In this document: in pieces, positions 11,474 to 21,453 of the stretch
How positions within the stretch are numbered: position 1 is the stretch's first letter
How the letters are laid out: each line of letters starts with the position of its first letter
From: an uncultured Gemmatimonadota bacterium
GTDB taxonomy: Bacteria > GCA-2686955
Reading direction: 5' to 3'
DNA length: 64,000 nt
NCBI GenBank assembly: GCA_964490075.1
Contig: CAZBBK010000013.1
Span: 1 to 64,000, forward strand
Notes under the pieces: model-generated
What the model was told of the DNA's origin: nothing
The model's input: the letters and a program-made list of their open reading frames with translations, nothing else
The model's database searches: none
Made by a program: the position numbers and the translations under genes

Positions 11474-13462
11474 ATGTGGCGGAGAAGCGGACTCGGAATC
11501 GTCGCCCTGCTGCTTGCGGTGAGCGCCCCTGGCGCCACCCTTCGTGTACCCGCCGATCATCCCTCCATCCAGGGGGCGATCGATGCGGCGCTGGACGGAG
11601 ATCTGGTGCTGATCTCTCCCGGCACCTACACCGAGTGGGAGATCGACTTCCTCGGCAAGGCGATCACCGTGAGCGGCACCGACCCGAGCGATCCGGCGGT
11701 GGTCGATTCGACGGTGGTGGATGGATCGGAAAACGGCTCGGTGTTCGTGCTGCGCTCGGGTGAGGGGCGCGGGACTCGATTGGCGGGGGTTACCGTGATG
11801 CGAGGCAAGGCCGACTTGGGAAGCGGGATCTCTTGCATCGATGTGTCGCCGACCATTATCGCTTGCGCGATTCGCAACAACGACAGCTGGGGTGCTCTGG
11901 CGCCAATGGGACGATGCGGGGGTGGCGTATATTGCGAGCGCGGGGCGCCGCTCTTCATCGACTGCCGAATCCTGGAAAACTGGACCAGGACCGGCAACGA
12001 CATCTCCAATACCTCAGACGCTCACGGTGGAGGGGTATGCATACGAGACGGAACACCGGTCTTCGTCGGTTGTGAGATCCGTGACAATCACGCTGGCGGC
12101 TTCACTTACCAGCCTGCCCGCGCCGCGGGCGGCGGGGTCTTCTTGGGTGCGGCCGCGGACGCGGTGTTCCTCGACTGTGCCATCGTCGACAATGATGCCG
12201 ATGCAGACTACACCTTCGGGGGCGTGGGGCGCGGGGGCGGCATCTTCGGTTTGAGGAGCTCGCTCGACTTGATTCGGTGCGAGATCTCCGGCAACAGCAT
12301 CGGGAGACGCGGACTCATCGGGGGAGTTGAGTTTTACGGGAAAAGACTTCGACTGATCGGCTGCAACATCTCCGACAATGCCTGCAGCGGAATCGTCGCA
12401 AGGACAAGTACATTGGAAGTGGAGGATACCGTTGTGCGTGGGCATTCGGGCCCGGGATCCGACGACGATCTCGGGGGGGGAATCGACTGGGACGGTGACC
12501 AGGCACGCATTGCCAATAGCGACATCCTCAACAACACAACTCAAAGCTGCGGAGGCGGGCTTCGCCTGCGCGGACCAGCGCTGGTCGACTCATGCACGGT
12601 GAGGGGGAATGTAGGCAACGAATTCGGCGGTGGATTGTGTGTCGAGGGCGTGGTCACGATCCGCTCTTCCTTGATCGACAGCAACCGGGTCGGAGTCTGG
12701 CCGGCGCCTTCCGGCGGTGCGATCTATGTCGCCGCAGGAGGATCGATCGGACTGGAAGACTGCACCCTGAGCTTCAACTGGTCGCCCTACAAGGGGGGCG
12801 GGGTGTACACAGAGGGAATCGGGGCGACCTTGGTCGATTGCCGGCTACGCGGCAACGGCGCTGGACATGGCGGCGCGGCATACCTGGCCGAGGGATCACT
12901 GCTGATGTCCAACTGCGAGACCCGGGCCAACACGTCCGCATCTGGAGGCAGCGTCATTCACGCAGCCGCGGGAACGCTGACCACCGAAGCCACGCTCATC
13001 ACGGAGAACATGGCCCATGGATGGGGACTTGATGGCGCCGCGATCGAGGTCGGTGGATGCCTGGCAACACTCCGCAACTGCACCATCACCACCAACACCG
13101 CCGAAGACGCAATGATCCTGGTCCAGGATAAAGGCGCCGCCACGATAACCAACTGCATCATCTGGAACAACGACGCCCCCGAGACGATCCGCGCCGACTC
13201 CGCCGCGGTGCAGATCCGTTACAGCACCGTCAACGGCGGCTGGCCGGGTATCGGCAACATCGACGCCGACCCGCTATTCCGCGCTCTCGGCCCCTACAAC
13301 TACTTGCTGCGCGCGGGATCTCCCGCCATCGATGCCGGCGATCCGGAGCTCTCTGACGCGATCTTCGACTGGCATCCACGCTGGCCGGCATGGCAGCCTG
13401 ATGGCGAGCGCTCCGACATGGGGGCCTACGGCGGACCGGCAAATCGTGGTTGGTTGCCGTAG
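11474..13462 (+). CDS. Secreted right-handed parallel beta-helix protein
   Basis: Signal peptide, LRVPADHPSIQGAID, GGG(V/I) repeats, C-terminal DWHPRWP..PDGERSDMGAYGGPANRGW. Confidence 0.9.
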   Translation: MWRRSGLGIVALLLAVSAPGATLRVPADHPSIQGAIDAALDGDLVLISPGTYTEWEIDFLGKAITVSGTDPSDPAVVDSTVVDGSENGSVFVLRSGEGRGTRLAGVTVMRGKADLGSGISCIDVSPTIIACAIRNNDSWGALAPMGRCGGGVYCERGAPLFIDCRILENWTRTGNDISNTSDAHGGGVCIRDGTPVFVGCEIRDNHAGGFTYQPARAAGGGVFLGAAADAVFLDCAIVDNDADADYTFGGVGRGGGIFGLRSSLDLIRCEISGNSIGRRGLIGGVEFYGKRLRLIGCNISDNACSGIVARTSTLEVEDTVVRGHSGPGSDDDLGGGIDWDGDQARIANSDILNNTTQSCGGGLRLRGPALVDSCTVRGNVGNEFGGGLCVEGVVTIRSSLIDSNRVGVWPAPSGGAIYVAAGGSIGLEDCTLSFNWSPYKGGGVYTEGIGATLVDCRLRGNGAGHGGAAYLAEGSLLMSNCETRANTSASGGSVIHAAAGTLTTEATLITENMAHGWGLDGAAIEVGGCLATLRNCTITTNTAEDAMILVQDKGAATITNCIIWNNDAPETIRADSAAVQIRYSTVNGGWPGIGNIDADPLFRALGPYNYLLRAGSPAIDAGDPELSDAIFDWHPRWPAWQPDGERSDMGAYGGPANRGWLP

Positions 13463-13474
13463 CGGGGACACTGA

Positions 13475-13700
13475 TCAAGGACCCAACCAACCCTCGACCG
13501 GCGTCCGCAAGAACTCCTCGAGCGGAATGCCGCCCTCGCCCACGAGCAGCGTGCGCGTGACGGCGCGCCGCCACCGCTCGGAGTCGCGAGCCAGCGGTGC
13601 GGCGTCGGGATGACCGCCGAAGAGCAGGTACTGCTCGACGGTGAAGTCGAATGCGGCTCGCATCTCGGTCAGCGACCAGTGGGGCAGCCGCATCATCTCG
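13475..13700 (-). pseudogene. Internally deleted AAA-family ATP-binding protein relic
   Basis: Mid-protein RLPHWSLTEMRAAFDFTVEQYLLFGGHP joined directly to C-terminal LLVGEGGIPLEEFL..PVEGW. Confidence 0.6.
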
Positions 13701-13736
13701 CGGTTCGGGGGGCGGTCTCGACGGCGCTTCTTCGCG

Positions 13737-13760
13737 TGCCCCTGCCCCTGCCCATGCCCT
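13737..13760. repeat. Hexamer tandem repeat (TGCCCN)4
   Basis: tgcccc tgcccc tgccca tgccct; roughly the reverse complement of 14457-14492. Confidence 0.7.
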
Positions 13761-13789
13761 GTACCGTTTCTCTCAACCTAGCTGGAGCC

Positions 13790-14085
13790 CCTGATCAGGG
13801 ATCATCCAGTCAGGCCAGTCCAATCCGCCGGGAGCCACCTTTTTTGCCCAGCGCTTCGAGCGCCAGCACAGGGGTGACCCGACCATCGCGGCGGCCTTGT
13901 ATGTGCGTTTCAGCAAGGAGTTGGCCATGGAAGAGACGAATGTCTCGCGGAGCCGACGGTGATCGAGCTCCGGGGACCCAAGAAGCCGCGGTCGCCCATG
14001 TGGAGCGGCTCGTGGAGCGGCTTCGCGTGGTGAAGCGCCAGATCCGGCGGTGTCACCAACGACTCGACGGGCTCTGCGGCGTTCC
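13790..14085 (+). mobile_element. Probable IS110-family relic (non-coding leader, start codon, internal transposase fragment)
   Basis: AAGGAG 13915-13920 plus ATG 13927; APGTQEAAVAHVERLVERLRVVKRQIRRCHQRLDGLC resembles the IS110 coiled-coil region. Confidence 0.45.
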
Positions 14086-14147
14086 GCGGCATAGTCCTAC
14101 TTTCGTGAAATTGGGCGGGCGCCCGCGGCTTGGGTCGTCGTCCAGGC

Positions 14148-14308
14148 CTGGATTCCGGCTTTCGCCGGAATGACGAATAGGGGGCTGATCGTCGAGAGGT
14201 GGGCGGCGCGTTCGGCGGAGCCGTGTGCTCCATCCGCAAGCAGACGCAGCCATCGATCCACCCGTCGACGCCTCCTTCCCCGTCATTCCGGCGAAAGCCG
14301 GAATCCAG
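14148..14308. repeat. Pair of inverted CGTC-type REP elements
   Basis: 14281-14308 CGTCATTCCGGCGAAAGCCGGAATCCAG is the exact reverse complement of 14148-14175. Confidence 0.9.
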
Positions 14309-14456
14309 TCCGATCCAACACCAAACATCTGTCCAGCCGCTGGTGCGGTCCCACCGCCCGAAGACCATCCCCCTCTAAGAGGCGCCCGGGGTCACGGCCC
14401 CGGAGTTTTTCGTTGCCTAATGGTGAGGAGCCCCGCCCGACTCCGTTGCCCGAATC

Positions 14457-14492
14457 GGGCATGGGCATGGGCATGGGCATGGGCAAGGGCAG
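14457..14492. repeat. Hexamer tandem repeat (GGGCAN)6
   Basis: GGGCAT x4, GGGCAA, GGGCAG. Confidence 0.8.
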
Positions 14493-14669
14493 GTTCTGTC
14501 CCACACCGGCCGCTCCCTGCGTAGAGGCTCGCCATGTCGAAACGCCAGAGACCAGATTCCCGCCCCCTCCCGGGCATCGCGCACGGGTTTCAGTAGCCAG
14601 CGCCAGCGCCGCTCGATACCGTCTCCTGTCCCAGTCCCCAGTCCCTTCCACCCCACCGCGGAGACCCGC

Positions 14670-15467
14670 GTGTACCCGATCCTGCTCTCGCTCGGCCCGC
14701 TGCACATCTACGCCTACGGCTTCATGCTCGCCGTCGCCTTCCTGGTCTGCGGGCACCTGTTTCGCAAGGAGCTGGAGCGAACCGGCGGCGACCCGAGCCT
14801 GGCCGACTCGCTGCTGGTGGCCGCGGTGATCGGTGGCATCGTCGGCGCGCGCATCTGGTCGGTGGCCGAGAAATGGCAGGAGTTCCTGGCCGACCCGCTG
14901 GGCGGACTCTTCTCGGGCAGCGGTCTGGTCTTCTACGGCGGGGCGATCGGCGGCACGCTGACCGTGCTCTGGGTCCTGCGCCGCCGGCGCCAGAATGCCC
15001 TCGAGATCGCCGATATGATCTTCCCGCTCCTGGTGCTCGGCTACGGCTTCGGGCGGGTCGGTTGTGTTCTGGCCGGGGATGGTGACTACGGCGCGCCCTC
15101 CGATCTGCCCTTCCCGCTGGCGGTTTCGATACCGGACGCGTTGGTCCCGCCGCACCGCCACCCGGCGCTGATCGGCCAGGGACTGGCTGCCGATACTCCG
15201 GTCCTGAATACACCGCTCTTCGAGACCGTGGCCAGCTGGAGCCTGTTCGCGCTGATCTGGAGGCGGCGGTGGAGGCGCCCGCCGGCGGGGGAAATGCTGG
15301 GACTGGGGATGTGCGCCATGGCGCTGGAGCGGATCGTGATCGAAGCCTGGCGGCTCAACGAGCCGGCGTTCGGGCCGCTGACCGCGGCGCAGGTGTTCAG
15401 CGTCGGGCTGCTGCTGGTCGGGGGCTACTCTCTGGCCTGGTCACGGTCGAATCGCGCGGTCGAATGA
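14670..15467 (+). CDS. lgt: Prolipoprotein diacylglyceryl transferase
   Basis: MYPILL..GPLHIYAYGFM, GGIVGARI, GLVFYGG, GRVGC..GDGDYG. Confidence 0.92.
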   Translation: MYPILLSLGPLHIYAYGFMLAVAFLVCGHLFRKELERTGGDPSLADSLLVAAVIGGIVGARIWSVAEKWQEFLADPLGGLFSGSGLVFYGGAIGGTLTVLWVLRRRRQNALEIADMIFPLLVLGYGFGRVGCVLAGDGDYGAPSDLPFPLAVSIPDALVPPHRHPALIGQGLAADTPVLNTPLFETVASWSLFALIWRRRWRRPPAGEMLGLGMCAMALERIVIEAWRLNEPAFGPLTAAQVFSVGLLLVGGYSLAWSRSNRAVE

Positions 15468-15622
15468 AACGCTACGTTGCAAACTGGATCGATCCGGTCT
15501 TAGATAGTTGACGGCCTTCGTTTGCTGACCAGCGCGGCCCCCCGGCGCTGCCCGTCCGGGGAAACTCAGCCGCCAGAGAACAACTCGCCCGCTAAACGAG
15601 ACGTTGGCGTGGGGGGAGATCG

Positions 15623-17437
15623 GTGAGTTCGATCGGATTCCCCGTGGCGCCGCCGGATGCCCCGGCGGGATGCGCCACGCTGATAGACGTGCTGCGCTTC
15701 CGCGGCCTGGAGCAGGCCGCCAACGACGCGTTCATCGCGCCCTGCGATGACCCCGACCAGGCACGCGCGATCACCAACGGTGGCCTGGAGCGTTGGGCGC
15801 GCCGCTTCGCCTCCCACCTGCAGAGCCGCGGCGCCCGTGGCCAACGGGTGGTGCTGCTCTGCAACACGGGGCTGGAGTACATCGCCGCCTACTTCGGCGT
15901 GCTGATGGCGGGGGCGGTCGCGGTTCCGACCTATCCCCTGATGCGGCCGAACCGGCGCAAGTTCCTGCTGCGACTGATCCAGGACGCCCGGCCTGTGATC
16001 ATTCTGGCGGAGCGCGAGATCCACGACGCGGGAGTGCAGGCGTTCAAGGACGAGCCCTCGATCGCGAACGTTCGGTGGATCGCGGCGGATGAGCTCGACG
16101 AGGGGTGCGAGGAGCTTTGGACCGACCCCGGCGTGGGACCGGACGACGTCGGCATGCTGCAGTACACCTCCGGATCGACCGGGCATCCCAAAGGGGTGAT
16201 GGTCACCCACGCCAACCTGATCGGCCAGACGGCGTCGATCTACCACTGGCTCGAGCGGCCGCCGACCACGCCCGGCCAGACCTTCCTGCCCCTCTATCAC
16301 GACATGGGGCTGATCGGCGCGATCCTCTACCCCTTCTACGCCGGATTCCCGGTCGGGGTGATGTCGCCGCTCTCGTTCGTGCAGCGGCCGGTGCGCTGGC
16401 TGGAGACGATCAGCGCGTTGCGGGCGACGATCTCGGGGGGCCCCAACTTCGCCTACGACCTGTGCGTCGACAAGGTGAGCGACGCCGAGATCGAGCGCCT
16501 CGACCTGAGCTGCTGGCGCTACGCCTTCATGGGATCGGAGCCGATCCGCGCCGAGACCTTGGATCGATTCTCGGAGCGTTTCGCGCGCTGCGGGTTCCGG
16601 CGCGAGCACCTTTTTCCGGCCTACGGCTGTGCCGAGAGCACCATCATGATCGTCGGCCGGCCGGCGGCGGAGCGCGGCCCCGTGGTGCGGGTGTTCGATG
16701 GACGCGAGCTGCCCAAGGGGCGCGCGGTCGACGCGGCCCCAGATTCCGAGGATGCCCGGACCATGGTCAGCAGCGGCGAGGCGCTGGCAGGCCACGTGCT
16801 GAAGATCGTCGACCCCGAGACGCGCGAGGTGCTGCCGCAGCGGCGCATCGGCGAGATATGGGCCCAGGGCAACGGGGTGGCGAGCGGCTACTTCGACAAG
16901 CCGCAGGCGACCGACGACACCTTCGCCGCAACCACCGCCGACGGCGAGGGCCCCTTCCTGCGCACCGGCGATCTCGGCTTCCTGCTCGGCTCCAAGCTCT
17001 TCATCACCTCGCGCTTGAAAGATCTGATCATCGTCGCCGGCAAGAACCACCATCCGCCCGACATCGAGGAATCGGTGGAGGATGCGCACCCGGCGCTGCA
17101 GTCCTGCGGAGCGATCGTCTTCTCGGCCGACATCGAGGGCGCGGAGCGGGTGGTGGTGGTGGCGGAGGTGCGGCGGCGGCTCAAAGTCAGTCTCGGCGAG
17201 CCGACCGATCCGCCGGTCAACGGAGCGCTGCGTGCCTGGCAGGTGGTGGGGGAGGAGGAGATCGTGACGGCGGTTCGGCGCGTGGTATCGAGAGACCACG
17301 ACCTCGCCCTGCACGAGGTGCTGCTGCTGCGGCCCAACTCGATTCCCAAGACCACCAGCGGCAAGCTGGCCCGCGCCGCCGCCCGCCAGGCCTACCTGGA
17401 CGGCACCCTGCGCCCGGCCCGATCGGAGGCGCCATGA
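15623..17437 (+). CDS. Fatty acyl-AMP ligase (FAAL)
   Basis: LQYTSGSTGHPKGV, LPLYHDMGLIG, GGPNFAY, YGCAEST, LRTGDLG, IPKTTSGK. Confidence 0.93.
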   Translation: MSSIGFPVAPPDAPAGCATLIDVLRFRGLEQAANDAFIAPCDDPDQARAITNGGLERWARRFASHLQSRGARGQRVVLLCNTGLEYIAAYFGVLMAGAVAVPTYPLMRPNRRKFLLRLIQDARPVIILAEREIHDAGVQAFKDEPSIANVRWIAADELDEGCEELWTDPGVGPDDVGMLQYTSGSTGHPKGVMVTHANLIGQTASIYHWLERPPTTPGQTFLPLYHDMGLIGAILYPFYAGFPVGVMSPLSFVQRPVRWLETISALRATISGGPNFAYDLCVDKVSDAEIERLDLSCWRYAFMGSEPIRAETLDRFSERFARCGFRREHLFPAYGCAESTIMIVGRPAAERGPVVRVFDGRELPKGRAVDAAPDSEDARTMVSSGEALAGHVLKIVDPETREVLPQRRIGEIWAQGNGVASGYFDKPQATDDTFAATTADGEGPFLRTGDLGFLLGSKLFITSRLKDLIIVAGKNHHPPDIEESVEDAHPALQSCGAIVFSADIEGAERVVVVAEVRRRLKVSLGEPTDPPVNGALRAWQVVGEEEIVTAVRRVVSRDHDLALHEVLLLRPNSIPKTTSGKLARAAARQAYLDGTLRPARSEAP

Positions 17438-18441
17438 CCGGCCAGCGCGAGGCGCCGCTCCCCGGGCTCGGCAGCAACGCCGATGGCCGGCGCGGCCCGG
17501 ACGACCAGACGCCCGGGGTCGCCACCGCCGGTATCGAGCGAGCCAATCGCTTGCAGCGGCGGCTGGCGGCGCTGGTCGTCGGGTTGCCTCTGGTCGGCTT
17601 CGTGGTCGGAGTGGCGCAGGTGGCGCGCGGGTCGGTCGGCTGGTTGGAGCTGGTTCTTTTCGCCGCGATGTACCTGCCGGCGTCGTTGGGGATCGAGCTC
17701 GGCTTCCACCGCTTCTTCTCTCACCGCGCCTTCGCCGCCGGGCCCGCCCTCACCGCGACCCTGGCGATCCTCGGGTCGATGGCGGCGCAGGGACCGGTGC
17801 TCTTCTGGGCGGCGATCCACCGCCGGCACCACGCCTTCAGTGACCGCCCCGGCGATCCCCATTCGCCCAATCTGGGAGGCGACGGGACCTGGGAGACGCT
17901 GCGCGCCTGGTGGCATTCGCACGCCGGCTGGATGTTCGTGGCCGAGACGACCGGTTTCGCCCGTTATGTGCCCGACATCTTGCGTGACCGGGTGGTGTTC
18001 GCCACCAGCCGCTTCTATCCCCTCTGGGTCGTGCTCGGTCTCGTGCTGCCGGGGCTGGCCGGCGCCCTTCTGGCGCCCCACGCTGCGTCCGGCTTCGTCC
18101 AAGGGGTGCTCTGGGGCGGACTGATTCGGATCTTCGCGACCGATCAGATGACCTGGAGCGTCAACTCCTTCGGCCACCTCTTCGGGCGACGCCTCTTCGA
18201 CGCCAAGGACCGCAGCGGGAACATCGCCTGGCTGGCTCTGCCGAGCCTGGGAGGCTCCTGGCACAACACCCACCACGCCTTTCCCCGGGCCGCGCGCAAC
18301 GATATCTGGCGCCACCAGCTCGATCCTTCCGGTTGGATCGTCGCCCTGCTCGAGCGCGCCGGACTGGCCTGGGATGTCAAGACAGTCACCCCGGAGAAGG
18401 CTCGCGCCCGGCAGCGGGCCCTGGAGGGAGCAACAGAATGA
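17434..18441 (+). CDS. Membrane acyl-ACP desaturase/acetylenase (delta9/JamB-like) 1
   Basis: His boxes HRFFSH, HRRHH, HNTHH; ATGA overlap with FAAL. Confidence 0.9.
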   Translation: MTGQREAPLPGLGSNADGRRGPDDQTPGVATAGIERANRLQRRLAALVVGLPLVGFVVGVAQVARGSVGWLELVLFAAMYLPASLGIELGFHRFFSHRAFAAGPALTATLAILGSMAAQGPVLFWAAIHRRHHAFSDRPGDPHSPNLGGDGTWETLRAWWHSHAGWMFVAETTGFARYVPDILRDRVVFATSRFYPLWVVLGLVLPGLAGALLAPHAASGFVQGVLWGGLIRIFATDQMTWSVNSFGHLFGRRLFDAKDRSGNIAWLALPSLGGSWHNTHHAFPRAARNDIWRHQLDPSGWIVALLERAGLAWDVKTVTPEKARARQRALEGATE

Positions 18442-19409
18442 CCGGCAATACTCCCAAAGGGATTTCGATCGCTCCTCCCGACGCACACCAGGTGCAGTGG
18501 ATAATGGCATTCCTGACCGTGGCGATTCCCAACGCGGCGTTGATCTGGGGGGCTGTTGTAGTGATTCAGGGAAGGGCAGGGTGGATCGAGCTCGCCCTGT
18601 TCGCGACGATGTATTTCGTGACCTTGGCCGGCGCCACGATCGGCATGCATCGGCTTTTCTCGCATCGGGCTTTTCAGACCAGCCGGTGGATGACGACTCT
18701 GCTGGCGATCACCGGCTCAATGGCGGCCCAGGGGCCCTTGATGTTCTGGGCATCGAACCACCGCCGCCACCACGCCTACTCCGATCGTGTGGGAGATCCG
18801 CACTCGCCCAACCTCCATGGCGACGGTTTCCGGCGGCGCGCGCGGGGACTGTGGTTCAGCCACATCGGCTGGATGTTCTCGGACGAGACCAGCAACTGGT
18901 CGGTGTTCATCCGCGACCTGGTGAGGAATCGACTGCTCTTCGACCTGCATCGTAGCTACCTGCTCTGGGTGTTGCTCGGTCTGGCGATCCCGACCCTCGC
19001 CGGCGGGTTGCTACACCGATCGTGGCTGGGGGCATGGTACGGACTGCTCTTCGGGGGGTTGATCCGCATGGCCCTGGTGAACCACGCCGCCTGGGCGGTC
19101 GGATCGCTCTCGCATCGGTGGGGGACGACGCCTTTCCGCACCCGAGATCTGAGCGTCAACAACTACTTCGTCGCCCTGGTCGCATTCGGCGAAGGGCTGC
19201 AGAACAACCACCATGCATTCCCCAGCTCGGCCCGCCACGGACTCACCTGGTGGCAGCCCGATATCAGCGGCTGGATCATCATCGTGCTCGCCAAGCTGGG
19301 TTTGATCTGGAACGTCAAGCACCCCTCCGCGTCCGCGATTCGGCGCGCCCGGGGTGGTGCCGACTGTTCACACATCGGTGTGATCGAAGAAGAAGGAGCT
19401 CTCGCATGA
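18438..19409 (+). CDS. Membrane acyl-ACP desaturase/acetylenase (delta9/JamB-like) 2
   Basis: His boxes HRLFSH, HRRHH, QNNHH; ATGA overlap. Confidence 0.9.
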   Translation: MTGNTPKGISIAPPDAHQVQWIMAFLTVAIPNAALIWGAVVVIQGRAGWIELALFATMYFVTLAGATIGMHRLFSHRAFQTSRWMTTLLAITGSMAAQGPLMFWASNHRRHHAYSDRVGDPHSPNLHGDGFRRRARGLWFSHIGWMFSDETSNWSVFIRDLVRNRLLFDLHRSYLLWVLLGLAIPTLAGGLLHRSWLGAWYGLLFGGLIRMALVNHAAWAVGSLSHRWGTTPFRTRDLSVNNYFVALVAFGEGLQNNHHAFPSSARHGLTWWQPDISGWIIIVLAKLGLIWNVKHPSASAIRRARGGADCSHIGVIEEEGALA

Positions 19410-19774
19410 CGATGGAGACGACGACGAACGGAAGCTCGGGCCTGCTCGGGCTGCTATCGAGCTGGATGGGCGGGCGCAAGGAAGCGGGCGCCGCTCCGGC
19501 CGCCCGCGACCACAGCCACCCGCTCACCGAGGAAGAGGTGCGCGACTGGCTCGCCGTGCTGCTCGCCGAGCGGTTGAAAGTCACCGTGGCGGAGGTCGAC
19601 ACCGCCAAGACCTTCGAGGAGTACGGGCTCGACTCGCGAACCGCGGTGGCGGTGTCCGGCGAGTTGGAGGAGTGGTTGGGACGTCCCATCGAACCGACCT
19701 TGCTCTGGGACTGCCCTTCGATCGACGCGGTGGCGACGCAGTTGAGTGGGGCTGCTCAGTCCGAGATCGGTTGA
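19406..19774 (+). CDS. Acyl carrier protein
   Basis: FEEYGLDSRTAV phosphopantetheine motif; AAGGAG RBS; ATGA overlap. Confidence 0.92.
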   Translation: MTMETTTNGSSGLLGLLSSWMGGRKEAGAAPAARDHSHPLTEEEVRDWLAVLLAERLKVTVAEVDTAKTFEEYGLDSRTAVAVSGELEEWLGRPIEPTLLWDCPSIDAVATQLSGAAQSEIG

Positions 19775-19817
19775 CCGAGAACCCTCCGGCGACATCTCGG
19801 CAACTCCGAGCCCGCCC

Positions 19818-19975
19818 GAACTTGACACTTTCCGCACCGAGCCGGATTGAGTCTTACATTTCCCGCTCATTCGCCCGCGAAAAGGCCCATCGACGAGGAG
19901 TTGAGGCCTGTTTTGGCGCCGATTCGATGCCGGATGTCAAACTGAATCCGCTTCGGTGCGAGAAGTGTCAAGCTC
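19818..19975. repeat. 158-bp palindromic element, copy A
   Basis: 44-bp imperfect inverted arms 19818-19861 and 19932-19975 around a 70-bp core; homologous to 39618-39775. Confidence 0.8.
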
Positions 19976-20037
19976 AGGCGGGTTGGGGGCTGGTGGCCCG
20001 CGTTTCCGAGCGGTCTTTCGCTGGATCCGCCGGGTAG

Positions 20038-20300
20038 GTGGTGGATCCAGGTTCGGTCTTCATCAGGTCCGATCAGGAGCCGGTGGAGGTCAGCTACAGC
20101 GACATCGAGGGCGGCCACGAGGGAGTGGGCAACATCGACGCGGATCCGCTCTTCGTGGAGCGTTTCGGCTGGGAGTACCTACTGCACCCCGACTCCCCCT
20201 GCATCGACGCCGGAGATCCGGATTGCCACGATCACCTCTACGACACCTGGTCACATTGGCACGAGCGTATCAGCAACGGACCCGAGCGCGATGCAGATGG
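20038..20300 (+). pseudogene. Orphan C-terminal fragment of beta-helix family gene
   Basis: VSYSDIEGGHEGVGNIDADPLF..YLLHPDSPCIDAGDP..DHLYD..W..NG without N-terminus or GAYGGP end. Confidence 0.75.
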
Positions 20301-20334
20301 GATGCAAACACGGGAGTTATTTCTTCGCCGACCC

Positions 20335-21375
20335 TTACCCAAAGCTCCGATAGAGCCGCGTCGCGGGATCGTGCAAATGACATTCGCGCACGATGCGGCG
20401 CAGCGTGCGCGGCCGGAAGCGGTCCACCCGGACCAGCTCCGGGTAGGCTTGCATCAGCGCCTGCTGCGCCCGCGGCAGATGGAAGAAGGGGATGGTCGGT
20501 GCGACGTGGTGCGGCGCGTGCACGTTGATATTGTGGACCAGCCGCTCGATCCACCTCGGGTAGCGGTAGTGGATGGTGAGCGCCAGGTTGCTGCCGGCGC
20601 GGCTCCACTCGGCGCCGCTCAGATACGGGAGCTCCGGGTGGGTGTGGTGCATCATGGTGACGGCGCTGAACCAGGCGTGGGTGATCACCCAGGGAACGAC
20701 ATATAGCTTCACCACGCCCCAGGCGCCGACCAGCGAGAAGAGCGGCGGAAAGAAGAGCAGCGCGAAGACGACGACCATGGCGATCGAGAAACGCACCTCC
20801 TTGGCCTGGCGGCGGCCGTGCATCGCGGTCGTGAAGGCGTCCGCGGCCCAGTTGACGGCCGTGGCGGTCCACCAGGCGTGACGGCGTACCGTGTAGTAGA
20901 GGGCGCGGGCCGGGGGCGGCAGGGCGGCGTAGGCCTCGGGCGTGGGCGGCACCCAGTTGTTGTCGCGCTCCAGGCAGTTGGTGTGAGCGTGGTGGATATT
21001 GTGCAGCAGCCGCCAGGAGTGGAAGGGGTAGAGCAGCGGCGTCATCAGGAGGTGGCCCACCAGGTGATTCAGACGCGCGCTCTTCGAAAAGGCGTGATGG
21101 CCGCACTCGTGGGCGATGACCACCATCCCCCAGCCGGCCGTTCCGGCGGCGATCCAGCCGAGGGGCATCAGCCACCAGGGACCGAGCGTCAAGGCGGCGA
21201 TCGCCGCTGCCAGCAAGGCCAGCGAGATCGCGATTGCCCCGAGCTGCCGGACGACGCTTCTCCGGTAGCATTCCCTGGGGATATGCCCGGCCACTTCGCC
21301 GGCATCGAGCTGTGCCATGCGCCGAACCAGCGCGAGTGTCGGATCGTCGCGATCCGTCACCGATGTCGTGGCCAT
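20335..21375 (-). CDS. Delta12/omega-6-type (DesA-like) fatty acid desaturase
   Basis: His boxes HECGH, HNIHH, HAPHH; YPFHSWRL, IPFFHL; AAAGGGAG RBS. Confidence 0.9.
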   Translation of the reverse strand: MATTSVTDRDDPTLALVRRMAQLDAGEVAGHIPRECYRRSVVRQLGAIAISLALLAAAIAALTLGPWWLMPLGWIAAGTAGWGMVVIAHECGHHAFSKSARLNHLVGHLLMTPLLYPFHSWRLLHNIHHAHTNCLERDNNWVPPTPEAYAALPPPARALYYTVRRHAWWTATAVNWAADAFTTAMHGRRQAKEVRFSIAMVVVFALLFFPPLFSLVGAWGVVKLYVVPWVITHAWFSAVTMMHHTHPELPYLSGAEWSRAGSNLALTIHYRYPRWIERLVHNINVHAPHHVAPTIPFFHLPRAQQALMQAYPELVRVDRFRPRTLRRIVRECHLHDPATRLYRSFG

Positions 21376-21453
21376 GTCTTACGCTCCCTTTCGTCTCGAA
21401 AGAGCTTGCGATGAGTTAGGAAGGTACAAGGATAGGTCGAAATGCGACCAGGG

